From: the human T2T-CHM13v2.0 reference genome, Homo sapiens
DNA: 64,000 nt
Direction: 5' to 3' (one strand)
Assembly (NCBI RefSeq): GCF_009914755.1
Contig: NC_060935.1
Under the pieces are notes generated by a model. It was not told where the DNA came from. It saw only the letters and a program-made list of their open reading frames with translations, and searched no databases. Position numbers and translations under genes: made by a program. Of the stretch, positions 1-53,888 are shown one piece after another; within the stretch, counting starts at the first letter, position 1, and each line of letters starts with the position of its first letter.

Positions 1-2430
1 CCCTCTGTGTCTCCTAGCAGGAGAGCGGCCTGGTGGGATTTATGTTAGAAAGATCACTCAGCAGCCTGGTGGAGAATGGATTGGACACAGAAACGATAAG
101 GGAAGGAGAGGGGAGGGGAGGAAATAGACAGGATTTCCCAGCCCTGGTGCCAGCTCGCCTGGTGGTGGCTGGAGTGACTCACTGGGCCTGGTTGCCTTGG
201 CTCTGGCGCCAGAACCCAGGAGCCCAGAGCTCTGGGTGGCCTAGGGGCTGGGAGCCTGAGGTGGCTCTGAGCCTGGCTCTCCCTCCACCGCACATTCTCC
301 CTCCCCACCCTGCCATCCATTCCTCAGCACACGGTGCGTCAGAGAGACAGGGGCCTGGGAGGTCACAGTACACCCACGAAAGGACAAAGAGACATGATTT
401 AAGCATCTTATTAGATGGTGACTTAGGGAGCAGATGGAGGATGGGGTATGGGATAGAAGGGGATAAATACATTAACAAAATCAAAAACACAAATAACCAG
501 GCAGCCACCAAATGGAGTTTCTGCCCTTTCTAGTCCCCTCTGGCTTCTGGCCTTCCCTGCAATGGCTCAAGCCAGGGCTCTTCCAGTCCTGGGTCACTGC
601 ATCAGCATCTGACCTTTAGTCTTGCCCCTGGCTCCCCTGTGCCCCAGTAAATGCTGATGCCCCTCTGCCTGGCATCCCCAGCCCTGCAGAGCTGGTTCTG
701 CCAGCTTCCCCCCAGGCTCCGCCCACCCAGTGCCCTCCCACCTTTTCCCTCTCCCTGTGCCACATTGTACCCTGCTGTGCCCTTGCTGCTTCTGGCCTAT
801 CCTTCTGGCCCTGCTCGGGCTCCATCTCGGAAGGCCACCACCATTCACCCCCAGCCCCCTCCTCATCAGCCAGCTCAGCGCCAGCCCAAATCGGGCACCA
901 GCAAAGATGTGCAAGTTGGAGTTGACTGTGTCCCCTAAATGATGAAGCCCCAGCTGTTCAGCCCTCCCCTGTTCATATGGCAAAAGGTGGTGGTGGGGGG
1001 TGTCTTCCCTTAAGAGGGGAGAAGAGGTTGAGGAAGGGAGGTAGGGGAAAGGGGGCTTTGATTGGCAGGGAATGGGTGAGGGTGTCACTGGCTCCTTCGG
1101 CCGGCACTGGGTGATACTCACTCTGCCAGGCCTGTGCTTTGCGCTGGGCACCACTGTGGGGTACGGGGCAGTGGAGCACAGGAGAAGGACCCTCAGCAGG
1201 CATTCCTGCATTCTCCCTTCACCCCCACCAGTGGCTGGCCACCAGGAAGAGCTGAGGCTCTCTCCCACTCGGTCCTGGAACCCAGCCCCTCCGCATCCAC
1301 ACGTGAGACTGCCAGTCCAAGTCCTGTGGCCGTTCTTCTGGTCTTTCTGGTTTAGTCTTGTCCTTTTCTAGTCCGTTTCCCATGTGGCAGCCAGATGGGG
1401 CTCCCCAAGACAGCCGTGACCAAGTCCCTCCGCTGCTCAGCACCCTTCCACACTCCCCATCACCTTAGGATGAAGCCACACTCTGCACATGGCATCCCGG
1501 GGCCTCTGGCGGGATCCTCTGCAGCCTCATCCATGATCCCTGCCCCACACCCCTCCCCTCCCCTTTTTTTCTGAGCACCATGCCACCCTCCTCAGGGCTG
1601 AAAACATCCTCCTAGGGATGGTCTCTGGCTGGCATCTCCCCTTCTCAGGTGCAGAGGAAACCTTGCAGGTGTGTGCTTGGTTGGGGTGTCAGGGTGCCAC
1701 ACACCTGTAGGACCTTCTTGTGGACTGCTCCAAGTGTTGAGACACTCTTGAGTGTCAAGTCCGCAAGCGTCCTGAGAGCTAGAGGAGGAGGCTGGGACCA
1801 GAGAATTGGAGGCTTGCAGAAGGTCACACAGCCTGCGTGTGACAAAGGCTAGTGCTCGGACCCAGCCTGGGGCACTTTCCCACTCCGCCTCCCTTCCCTT
1901 TAGGTCAGCCCACCTAGGTATGTGGTGTCCAGCTGGACAGGGCTACAGCTGTGAAGGGCCCGGATCTGCTGGGACCTGGGTTACCACATTCAGCCAGCCC
2001 TTCCTCCCAGGGCCACTGTGCTGGCTTTTTTTGTTTACCTTTTTATTGAAGCATATGTAACTGATCTACAGACAGGTGCATAGGTCTTAAGTGTAGAGCT
2101 CAGTGGATTTGCACAGGGACCACACCCATGGAACCACCACCCAGGTCAAGAAGTAGTTTTACCGGAACCCCACAAGCTCTCTCACACCCCTTCCAGTCAC
2201 TACCCCCAAGATAGCCAAGTCCTGCTTTCTGTTCACTGTAGATGAGTTATGCAGGCTTTGCTTGTCTTAAAAAAATGGATTTTTTAAATAGATAAAAATT
2301 GTATATGTTTATCATGTACAATGTAATATTTTGAAATGTGTATACATTGTGGAATGGCTAAATCGAGTTAATTATCACACGCATTACCTCACATACTTTT
2401 TTGTCCTGAGAACACTCAAAATCTACTCTC

Positions 2431-2712
2431 GGCCGGGCGCAGTAGCTCATGCCTGGAATCCCAGCACTTTGGGAGGCCAAGGCAGGCAGATCACTGGAGA
2501 TCAGGAGCTTGAGACCAGCCTGGCCAACATGGTGAAACCCCATCTCTACTAAAAATACAAAAATTATCTGAGACTAGTGGCGGTCACCTGTAATCCCAGG
2601 GAGGCTGAGGCAGGAGAATCGCTTGAATCCATTAGACGGAGGTTGCTGTGAGCCGAGATCACGCTACTGCGCTCCAGCCTGGGCAACAGAGTGAGACTCC
2701 AAAAAAAGAAAA
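2431..2712 (+). mobile_element. AluS
   Basis: ggccgggcgc...A-tail; TSD-like aaaatctact / aaagtctact. Confidence 0.92.
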
Positions 2713-3426
2713 GTCTACTTCTAGCAATCTTCAAGAGTATAATCTATTGTTATTAACTATTGTCACCATGTTACAATCAATCTCTTGAACTTATAGATCT
2801 CTTGAACTTATTCCTCTTATCTAACTGAAATTTTGTGTCCTTTGACTGACATCTCTGCAACCTCCCTCCCCACCCTCACCCCTCAGTTCCTGTTAACCAC
2901 CATTTTACCTTCTGCTTCTATGAGTTCAACTTTTAAAAAATTCCACATATGAGTAAGATCATGTGTTATTTGTCTTTCTGTGTCTGGCTTATTTCACTTA
3001 GTATATTGCCTTCCTCGTTTATCCATGTTGTCACAAGTGATGAGATTTCCTTCTTTTCATGGCTGAATTGTATTACATTGTATGTATATACCATATTTTC
3101 TTTACCCATTCATCCATTGATGGACTCTTAAGTTAATTCCATATCTTGGCTACTGTGAATAGTGCTGCAGTGAACATGGGAGTGCAGATATGTTTTCAAC
3201 ATACTGACTTCATTTCCTTTGGATTTATACCCAGTAGTGGGATTGCTGGATCATATGGTAGTTTTATTTTTAATTTTTTGAGAAACCTCTATACTGTTTT
3301 CCATAATGGCTGTACTAATTTACATTCCCACCAACAGCGTACAAGGGTTTCCTTTTCTCCATATCCTCGCCCACACTTATCTTTTGTCTTTTTTATAAAA
3401 GACGTATCTTTTGTAAAAAGATTTAA

Positions 3427-3764
<338 letters not shown>

Positions 3765-3798
3765 TTAATAAGATATCACACTTTTGTCTTTTTTATAA

Positions 3799-4165
<367 letters not shown>

Positions 4166-6131
4166 AATGTTGAGCATTTTTTTCATATGCCTATTGACCA
4201 TTTGTATGTCTTCTGTAGAGAAATGTCTATTCAGATCATTTGCCCATTTTAAAATCAGATCATTAGGGTTTTTTTGCTATTGAGTTGCTTGAATTTCTTA
4301 TATATTCTGGATATTGACTCTTGTCAGATGGCTAGTTTGCAAACATTTTTCCCATTCTGCAGGTTGTCTCTTCGTTCTGTTGATTGTTTTCTTTGTTGTG
4401 CAGAAACTTTTTTAGCTTTATGTAATCCCTTTTGTCTATTTTTGCTTTTGTTGTCTGTGCTTTTGGGGTCATATCTAAAATATCATTGCCCAGACCAATG
4501 TCATAACAGCTTTTCCCATGTTTTCTTCTAGTAGTTTCATAATTTCAGGTCTTATATTTAAGTCTTTAGTCCGTTTGAGTCAACGTTTGCATACGATGAG
4601 AGATAGGGAAACTTTTATTCTTCTGCGTGTGGATATCTGGTTTTCCCAACACCAATTATTGGAGAGACTGTCTTTTCCCCTTTGTGTGTCCTTGGTACTT
4701 TTGTTGAAAATTAATTGACAAATTAAATGTGTGGATTCATTTCTGGGCTTTCTATTCTGTTCCATTGGTCTTTGTGTCTGTTTTTGTGCCAGTACCATGT
4801 GGTTTTGGTTACTATAGCTTTGTAGTATATTTTGAAGTCAGGTAGTGTGATCCCTCCAGCTTTGTTCTTTTTGTTTAAGATTGCTTTGGCTATTCAGGGT
4901 CTTTTGTGATTCTGTATGAATTTTAAGGACTGTTTTTTATTTCTGTGAAAAATGTCATTGGAATTTTGATAGGGGATTGGATTGAATCTGTAGATTGTTT
5001 TGGGTAGAATGGACATTTTAACAATACTAATTCTTATCTACATATACAGATATGTATATGTACATATCTGTATCTTTCCATTTATTTGTGTCTTCAATTT
5101 CTTTCATCAGTGTTTCATAGTTTTCAGTGTACAAGTCTTTTACCTTCTTGGTAATATTTATTCCTAAGCATTTCTTTTTTCCATGGTAACTATTGTAAAT
5201 GGGATTGTTTTCTTGACTCTTTTGAGTAGTGTGTTGTTAGTATATAAAAATGCTACTGATTTCTGTGTATTCCTTCTATACCTATTTTGTTCAGAATTTT
5301 TATCATGAAAGGATGCTGAATCTTGTCAAATGTGTTTTTTTAAATCAGTGAGATGATCATATGTTTTTTGCCCTTTATTCTGTTAGTATCGTGTATCACA
5401 TTTATTGATTTGCATATGTTGAACCATCCTTGCATCCTTCATATAAATCTTACTTGATCATGGTGAATGATCCTTTTAATGTGCTTTTGAATTATTTGCC
5501 TTATTATTATTATTATTATTATTTTTCCCTAGAGATTGGGTCTTGCTATCTTCCTGAGGCTCTTGAGTAGCTGGGACTACAGGCATGCACCATCACACCC
5601 ACCTTGTTTGCTAGTATTTTGTTGAAGGTTTTGCATCTGTGTTCATAAGGCATATTGGCCTATAATTTTCTTTTCTTGTAGTGTCTTTATCTGGCTTTGG
5701 TAATGGGGTAATGCTGGCTCTGCTTTTCTATTTTATTTAAATAGAATCATGTAATATTGCTTCTTTTGCTTAATATGCTTGTAAGATCCATCCATAGGGT
5801 TGTGTGCAACAACAATTTGTTCATTTTCGTTATTGTTTACTATTCTATTATATGAATATACAAGAACTTATTGATCTGTTCTTTCATTGATGAACATTTA
5901 GCTTGTTTCTCATTTTCAGCTCTAACAAATACTATTGCAATAGACATTCTTGTACATGGTTTTTGGTGAATATGTGCATGCATTTCTATTGGACATATTC
6001 TTAGAATTACTAGATTATATGAACACATGATTATATTATTTCCTCAGGTTTTCTAGATATAGTCAAATGGTTTCGCAAAGTGATTATACCAATTTGTCCT
6101 CCTACCACTAATGCATAAGAGCTCTACTTGA

Positions 6132-6134
<3 letters not shown>

Positions 6135-6172
<38 letters not shown>

Positions 6173-6183
6173 TGTGTGTGTGT
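6135..6183. repeat. (TG)n microsatellite
   Basis: About 24 units with one TC interruption. Confidence 0.95.
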
Positions 6184-9100
6184 TTCACTTTAGTCATTCT
6201 AGTGGGGGTATAGCAGTATCTCATTGTGGTTTTAATTTGCATTTCCTTAATGGTTAGTGAAGTTGGGCACTTTTTCTTCCATTTTTAGACCATTTGAGTT
6301 TACTTTTTTTCTCATGTTCTTTTCTAAAAGCATTATTGTTTTACCTTTCAGTTAGATTTGAAATCTATCTGGAATAAGTTTTGTATACGGTTTGAGGTAG
6401 GGGTAAGACAACTGTTTTTCCTTATGGATAGCCAGTTGACCCAGCACCATTTATTGAAAAGATAAATCCTTTCCCCAGTGCATTGTGGCATCTCTTTTGT
6501 CATATATCAGGTGTCCTTATACTTGTGGCTTATTTCTGAACTTTCTATTCTGTTCCACTGTTCTATAAGACAGTGCCCAGTGAGCTTTGTGATCAGCCTT
6601 GTTACTTAGTAGTGTAAGTCCTCCAGCTTGTTCTCTTCAAATGGCTCTGCTTATTCTGGGTCCTTTGTGGCTTTGAGGCCCGTGGTGGCTTTGAGGCCCT
6701 CTTGCTGCTGGGCTTGGGCTCAGCTGTGTCCTTCGTTCTTATTATTCCCCTGGGGCTGATGCTGGCTCCATGACCCCATCTCTCAGAGGCTCAGAGAGGT
6801 AGGTGACTTGCCCCTCCACACAGCTCTGGAGCCTGGCCTTGGCTTCTGCCTCAAGGACAAATTCCTTGGTGTTCCCATCTACAAAATGGCTTAGGTGGTC
6901 CAGGGAAGGCTCACAGGTATCAGCCCGCTGGAAGATGAGGCCTTATTCCATCCTGTACACAGCCAGGCTGTCCCCGCTACCTCCAGCAGGTCCAGGGAAC
7001 AGCAGACTAGGCCACACAGCCTCCTGGAAGAGGAGTACCAACCATGTCCCAGGTGAGGATAGACTGAGCTTCCCTAAGGCAGGCCTAGGAACAGATGCCA
7101 CTTTCTTTCTGTCATCTGTCACCTTAGAGGCTGGAACCCAGTAGGGCTCAGAGGAGGCTTGCTGATTGACAGCAGCTCAGAGGGGTTCCCACCTTGCCCA
7201 AGGACACACAGCAGCTAAATGATGCAGTTGGGATGCAAACTCAGATCTGACTGACCTGCCAGAAGACTGGGTTCCTGAAGCTCCCTGGTGAGCACCCCAG
7301 CCCCCTCATTCTGACCCAACTCAGAACTTCCACTCTTGGTCCACAGAGGCCTCACTGTGCAGGCTGGGTCTGACTCACCGCTGCCCTGGCCACAGGAGGA
7401 GGAGGGCTGATACCAGTGAGCCTTCCCTGGAGATGATGGCCAGCTAAGCCATTTTGTAGATGGGAACATCAATGAGCTTGTCCAGAGTCTGCAGCCTCTT
7501 ATGCAGATCTCAAGCCTCCAGACTCCGTATCCTAGGCTTCTCAAAGCAGGGCCCAGGTTAGCACTGTGCTCATTTTAGGGGGTGCCCTGAGGTGGTAATA
7601 AAGATATCTTTCATACCTCTGAGCCTTTGCGTGAACTGTTCCCTTTGCCTGGAATGGCCTTTCTCTCCTGCCTCTGTGGCCAGGCCTGTGTGGAGGCTTC
7701 CCTGCTTTCCTCTTGCTGGAACCTCTGAATGACACATACTTAATTTGGCCTTATGTCTGTTGGCTACACTAGACCAACTCCGACAGGAACCCCAAGTTGT
7801 GGTAGCCCCCCCATACCTGGCGGGGGTCTGGACACATCGTGGGTGAAGCCCAGATGTCGACTGCCTGAGACTGTCAGTCCTCAGGGCACAGAGCATGAAA
7901 GGATACAGAGTGCTGCTCTGCATGGTGGGGTCTTGTTTGTTCCTCACAGTGGCCCAGAGGCCCTGGCACATTGTCTCTTCCAGACAAGGACCATGCAGAC
8001 CAGTGAGGTAATGCGGCCTGCTCAGGACAGCGGGGGCCTGGGTCGAGGCTCAGGAGCTGGAGGAGGGCTGGGCCGCAGCAGAATGTGCTAGGGCTACAGT
8101 CTGGATAGTGGGGATGTGGGCACCGGCTGGCACCCAGCTGTCAGGGAGGGGAGGAGAGGAGAGCCAGGCCTTCCCCAGGGTGAAGGGGTGGGCCCTGCTG
8201 CAGCAGACCTGAGTGCTGGCGTCTGTGATGTGGAAAGCTGATTCCCCTTGGGAGCCTCCGCCACTCTCTGAGCCTTTTTCTCTTCTTGAAGGAATTCCTC
8301 CTGCACTCACCTTTGTTGGTTCATGCAACATAGCTACTCAGTCCCTGGAGCCCCACATTGGACCCTGGGATAGAGAGAGGAGCTGGACACAGCCCCTCCC
8401 CTGGAGGGGCACAGGGTAGGCTGGGGAGGCAGACAAGTCATGTGCAGATGGGATACAGTGTTAACAGGTGCTGTCCCAGGGGCACCAGGATGGCAGAGGA
8501 ACAGTGTGTGCAGAGGCCCTGAGGGAACAGTCTTGTGGGAGCTGCGAGGAGCTCCGAGCCCCAGAGCTTCAGCCCAGGGTGGAGAATGGTGGGGATGAGA
8601 CTGGCAGGAGGAGGGAAGAGGGCAGGCACACAGGGCAGCTGGGAAGCTCAGGTGGTCCTGAACCCCACCCAGGGGTCCTGCTCGGCCCAAACAGCTAAAA
8701 ACACCAGGGAGACAGGAAGTGCTACGGGCCTAAGCTCAGGCTCAGAAAGAAAAGGCCTGGGTGGAGCAGCTTGCCTGCCTCCTGGTCTATCCGTGGCCTT
8801 CAGTGCTCTGCCTGGGGCTAGCAGAGGAGACCTGACCCTGTCGGGGTGTTGGCCCCATAGATACAGTGGGAGGTGACCTTGGGGCAGATGGAGGGTGCAG
8901 AGGGGCAGTCTGTGCAAGGGCCGGGGCCAGAAGAACCTCACATAAGTAGGCCAAGGTTAGCCTGGCAGGCAGGTGAGGCTGGAGGGATGGGGCAACGGTA
9001 TCAGGCCCTCAGCCAGCCAGGCCTGGCCCTGTGCAGCCCCTGGCCCAGCCGAGCTCTCCCTTTATGGCCTCCACCTCCCTTCCATCCTCCCCAGGAGTGG

Positions 9101-11190
9101 ACCCTCCCAGCAGCGTTGGCCCCTTCCTAGCCTGGAGAGCAGCCAGACCCTCTTTCTCCACCAGCCTGGCTGTGTGCCCTGGGCGAGCTTCCTCTCCCTC
9201 TCTGGACCCTCTAGGCTCAGAAACACTGGAATTGCAAGAGCTGATTTCTGGGCTCCTGCTTTCAGCTTCTCTGATCTAATTCTTGTAGCCTAAATTGCTT
9301 CCTGAACTGACCCTGCCGGAAACCCGTGGTGCTAATGCTGCTCCTCGGTGACTCTGCCAGAAGCCTGAAGCCCGGAAGCTGGCTCTGTGAGCTCCTCCCC
9401 TCTCTCCCTCAGACCTCCAAGGCAGGGAGAATGGGTGGGAGGGGGCAGGGCTGCTGGCCTCCGTGGGCAGAGGGGCAGCCAGAGAAGTTAAGTGGTTGGC
9501 CTGAGGTCACACAGCAGCACTCCAGCAGGCCCAGTATGGATATGGGGGCAGAAGGTGAAGTGGCTTGGGTGCAGAGCAGGGGACAACTGCTCTCAGCTCC
9601 CTTGGCAGGTGGGGGGACAATGGCCCCCTTGCCCTCCCTGCTGTCCATCTGTGCCCATGCTCACTGCCCGCGCTCGCCTCTTTCCTTTCCTGTCTCTCCC
9701 TTCCCTCTTTCCCTCCACATGAGGCCCCAGTGAGGCTCCAGCTCAGCCACGGTGTGTGGGGAGACCCTAAGTGAGAGCGGCAGGGTCATACAGCCAAGGC
9801 GGTGGCACTAAAGTCAGAGGATCTGGGTTCCCGTCCGGACACCAGGTTTCCAGGGGAGCTTGGGCAGGTCACCTCACCTCACTGAGCCGCAGTTGTATTT
9901 TGTGAAAGCTGGCAGCCGTGTGCCCACCGGCACTGTTGGCAGGCAGTACACATGCACCTCTGGCCAGGGAAATGGGGCGTCTCTTGGGACCACTGGGTGT
10001 CTTGGCCCCTTCCCCCTCACTCCTCTTCCCACTGGCATGCTTGGCGGGCTCCTCAGCCTTCAGTTAATGGGTTGACTCCTTCCAGGAGGTGCAGCAGCAC
10101 TGTGTAATTCCCATCACTGAGATGAGAAAACGGGCTCAGAGAGTTCACATGACCAGTTCAACGTCACCCAGCAGGAGGGTGGTACCACTGGGGCTGGCAC
10201 TCACACCAGTCTTGATCTCAGATATCACTCCCACAGCCAGCCTGCCTTGCCTTGGTTTCCCTCAGGGCTGGGCTGGAAATTGTGGCCTTTACCCCAAAAG
10301 GATTGCACTGTTACCCTGGGCAGGCCCCAGGAAGAGTAGATCGGGGACTGTGGAGCTGCACCGCAGCCCAGATGGAGTTTGAGGGATGGGGGCGTGGATC
10401 ATAAATGGGGTGGTCACTCAGGTGCTTGGCCGTCCGAGCATCTCTCAGCGCACCTGATATGCAGGCCCTGCCAGCCGCTGTTCCTTGCCCTGCCCTGCCC
10501 TCCACTCCCAGAGGCCTTCCCTGACCATGTTGGTCCAGTCTGTGTCCCTTGCACTTGGTCAGCACATTGGTGCAAAGTTCAGGGTGCTTGGCTGGGCCCA
10601 CCTGGGCCCACCTGGGCCCCTGGGGAATGGAGGGAGGGTTAAGGAGCCATGGGCCTGCTCTCTACAGAATTAGAGACGCCTATTCCCAAGATGCTGTGAG
10701 GAAGGCAGCATGGTGCGGGGAGGACCGGAGAGAATGAATGAATGATGCTGAGAGGGGTACCTGGGGCAAGGTTTTCCCACACCAGGCAGAAATGTGCCAC
10801 TCTCTAGAGGTGGGGAGGGAAACCCAGAGGCACACGCTGCTTTCCTGTGGGAGACACACCAGCCAGGGAGCTGGCAGGGCTGGCCACTGGTCTGATTCCG
10901 TCTGAGGAGGTGTAGGGAAGGCTGGTCAAACAAAGGAAGGCAGGGAGGTAGGTGCGGTGTGGGCCAGGCCTGAGCTCTGTGTGGCCTGTGGGCCTGGTAT
11001 CGCCTCTGAGCTTCAGAAACGAGAGAATCCAGTCTATGGAGTCAGGCCGGTCGGTGTCTGTCCCACTCTGCTGTATACCAGCTGTGTGACCTTGGGTAGG
11101 CTCCACGCCTCGCTGAGCCTTCCGTGCCTGTGCCATGGGGCTGATGATGTCCGCTTCACAGGGCACATCAGGGACCCAGGGACTCTGTGA

Positions 11191-50447
<39,257 letters not shown>

Positions 50448-51024
50448 CACCTGCCCACCTACCTGGCTCTGACCGTTCCCACCACCATCTGCATGTCCCC
50501 ACTGGGCCTGAGTCTAGCCTGGGAGCCAGGATACTGGGGTCCTTTTCCCACTCTTCCACTGACTTGCTGTGTGACCTTAGGAAGTCTCTGCCCCTCTCTC
50601 AGCCTCAGTGTCCCGAGGGCCCCGAAGCATTCCATTCTCGTGGAGGAGTTTCCTTGCTGAGATTTCAAATAGTCCTCCCCACCTCAACTGTCACCACTGC
50701 TAAGGGACTCTATCCATTGAGCACATTTTCCTAAGGCCCTGCTGTCTGCCGAGGAGCGCCAAGAAGATGTCACTTGTTTACACACGAACTGCCACATCCC
50801 CAAGCTCCGTTCTTGCCCCTCGTGTCCTAGGCCCAACCCAGCCTCCCAGACCTCACTTTCCCCATCAGCAATACCTGGTGTTCTCCCACCTTGAAAGGAC
50901 TCTTGGCTCCTGCCGGGTTCCTGCTCAGGCTGGAATTGGGAAAATATGCAGGTGACATTTGTTCATTCTCTAATCCCATCCTCTCACCCATCCATTTCCT
51001 CACTCAGTGGAGATTTGCCAAATG

Positions 51025-51030
51025 AATAAA
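51025..51030 (+). terminator. CAPN5: CAPN5 proximal poly(A) signal
   Basis: AATAAA about 580 nt after the stop codon. Confidence 0.55.
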
Positions 51031-52191
51031 CGACACCTTTGAGGCCCCAGGTGAAGCGGGGCCCTACTCCGGCCTCTGCCTTGGGCCTCGCCTCTGTCCT
51101 CAGGTCCTCTCAGAGGCAGATACCTAGGGGAGCTGCTGCTGCCTGCTCATTCTAGCTTCCGATTCCATTCCCAGCCCCTGCGTTAAGGTCCCTGGAGAGG
51201 TGGCGTCAGTGGGGGTGAGGAAGGGCATCTTCCTGACTCCTCTGCCCAGTGCTGGAAGGAGCATGCCTGGGTTAGTGGGCCAGGGGCCAGGCAGCTGGGG
51301 GCCTTTGGGGACCAGAAGGGGAGATGTGCTCCCAGAGCCTCTCTGCTGTAAGACCCCAGCTTTTCCTGGAAGATGGGACTCTGGGGTGTGTGGTGCTCAC
51401 CAGAGTCAGGCCACCCACTGGGCTCGGCAGGAGATAGGGAGCCCCATCACCTGACCACAGCCCCCCACCAACATTCCCCCAAAATGCAGCCTAGGAGGCC
51501 GCAGTGCTCTTCTTCCTGCCCAGACCAAAATGTTCCTTTTAGTCCTCAATGTTTTATATTCTTTTTGTTTTGAAAATCTCAATTTTAATCAGGGGTTTTA
51601 AAAGAAAATTGAAAGCCTGAACCTCCATTTTTCTTCTTGGCTCCAGTTTTGCTGGTCCTCTGGAGAACTCTTCGTGAGCACTGGTGCCGTGACCCACTTG
51701 GGATCTCTGCTGTGCCCTTCTCGGGCTTCCAGACCAGGTGTAGCAAATGAAAAAGTGCAGTTAATTCAAGAACAGGAATCCCTGTGTCCTTGCTGGGATT
51801 TCCTTTTGGGAACCTGACTTTCCGACTCCAGATCCTGCTGTCTGGATCAGTGTTCTGGCTGGAGGTGCTGGATTCTCTGATTTTGCCTCCTCACTCTGTG
51901 TCTGGCTTTGCTCCTGGGTCTTGGCCCTGGGCCATATGAGGGGCCAGGAAATGAACGACAAGGAGGATAAGAGTGTTCTTTCTTGAAAGCCGGGACTTCC
52001 CCTCAAGAACCTGGGCCTGGGGCCGGGACTCTGCATGACTGGGAGCAAGTCACTTAAACCTCCTGTGCCTCGATTTCCCCCTTCTACAAAGTGGGGCCAA
52101 TGATTCTTGTGTGTCAGCACTGTTACTACCGAGTGCTGAGTAAGGGCAAAATAATACCCCTTTCTCTATGTATCTCTGTATGCACACGCAC

Positions 52192-52217
52192 TATATATAT
52201 ATATATATATATATATA
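52192..52217. repeat. (TA)13 microsatellite in the CAPN5 3' UTR
   Basis: Perfect TA run. Confidence 0.95.
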
Positions 52218-52707
52218 CATTCATGTAATCACCACTTCTCGATGTCTATTTCAAATCAAGGCTCCTGAGTAGGGGGTGAAGTGAGCCAGCTTGCACCTCA
52301 GGCTAACACATAGGACTTTGCTCAGCCATGTCCCCTGGGATACAGGGGCACACCAGGACCAAGTGGCAGACCTGTGGGCTTCAGCCTCGGGGCCGGGGCA
52401 TGCCTGCCACCCCCTGACAAAAACAGGTTCCACAGTGCTACCCTTGCTTCCTGCCCCTTGAGGTGGGCCAGGCTGGCTCCTGGCTATGCAGGGATCTCTG
52501 GTCCCCAGGAGACCTTGGGGGCCAGGCAGGTAAGGATCAGGGGTGATAGGGGAGAGCAATTACTTTGTTCACTGTATGCACCCGCGGGGGCCTGGGAGTC
52601 CCCATTTGCAGGTGGGTAGGGCCTCCAGCCCACACCACCCAGACCTAGGCTTCCCTCTTCTCAGGATCCACCACAGGGTTAGGGGACAGGAAGCCTGTTC
52701 TATTCTC

Positions 52708-52713
52708 AATAAA
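52708..52713 (+). terminator. CAPN5: CAPN5 distal poly(A) signal (3' UTR ~2.3 kb)
   Basis: AATAAA followed by a CA/A-rich cleavage region near 52730 and U/GU-rich ctttcctgtgtc. Confidence 0.8.
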
Positions 52714-53870
52714 TCTTACAAAATTCCAAAAAGACTTTCCTGTGTCCCTCTGTCCCCCTGGGGGGAAGGGACAATGGAGGAATATTCCCCAGGCCTGGGC
52801 GACTGTCCGCTGGTCAGAGGGAAGGCCCCGCTGCCTGCCCGGTGCACCTGTGAGCTGAGATTGTGGGGATCATTCAGTCATTCCTTTATTCAGTAGATCT
52901 GTACGGGGCTGGCTTTGTGCCAAGGCCTGCCCCGGGCACCTGGGATGTGGGGAACCAGGCATAGCAATCCCTGCTCTGGGACAGTCTACAAACGAGCAGC
53001 GAGAACAAAGACATACTCTGGTCATGACAAACACTACCCCGCACATTACTGATGGGGCAGTGTGGGCCTGCTGGGTTAGAGATGGCCTACTCCCTGATCT
53101 GTGCATGAAGGGCTGGGAAGAGGAGATGGGCCTTCGGGGCACAGGAAGGTGTGGGGGGACCAGAGCGGAGGCTGCTGAGGGCAGATGCAGGCATCTAGGG
53201 CCAGGAAGCTGGTGTGGTGGTGGGGAGAAGCAGGGTTGGGATGACTGAAAGCAGAGTGGACGACTCAATGAAAAACGACTTGGGAGACGGGGTGAGTGCA
53301 GTGTGAGGGCAAAGTGAACCGAGATGCCTCGCTTTCTTCATGGGACTGAGAAATGGGTATTGCAAATCGTGTGATCTGCTTAGCATAGTGCCTGGTTCAT
53401 AGCATGGCTGAACACAATGTAGCTGTCATCCTGGTGTTTGGAGGCCGCCCTGTCCCCCATAACCTGCCCACCTCTCTGCCCCATTCCCACAGCTCACTGC
53501 ATTTTGTCCCTGCTGCCAGTCGTGTGCCATGGGCTCTCCTGTGCTCCCCCGGGGTCTCATTTCCCCATCCGTGTAGGGCTGACGCCACTGGCCCCGCCCA
53601 GCCTGGGAGGATGGAGAGGGGGGACTTGAGGAGTGGCCAGTACTGGGTTTCGGCAGCAGGTGCAAATCCCAGGTGGGGACTGTGTTCCAGGGACTCCTGG
53701 ACTCCTGTTAGGCCAGCAGGCTAAGGGGCAGACGGCATCCTGGGGTCTTCCTGGGACAGGGTCGTCGGGTCTGAGGGGACCCAGGCCCTAGCAGAAGCTG
53801 ACTCCTGTCACGGTCACTTCCCAGCGGTGCTCAGCCCGCCTGACGGAAGCAGCTGGGCAGTGGGGCCTGT

Positions 53871-53888
53871 GACCAGCAGGCGGCGCTG
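53871..53888 (+). promoter_or_regulatory. Candidate CTCF site between the CAPN5 3' end and the MYO7A promoter
   Basis: CCAGCAGGCGGCGC has one mismatch to CCASYAGRKGGCRS and lies in a locally CpG-rich patch. Confidence 0.5.

Noticed and set aside
10592-10625. (CTGGGCCCAC)x3, and a similar 18-bp doublet near 6668-6700
   Set aside because: Ordinary short slippage repeats.
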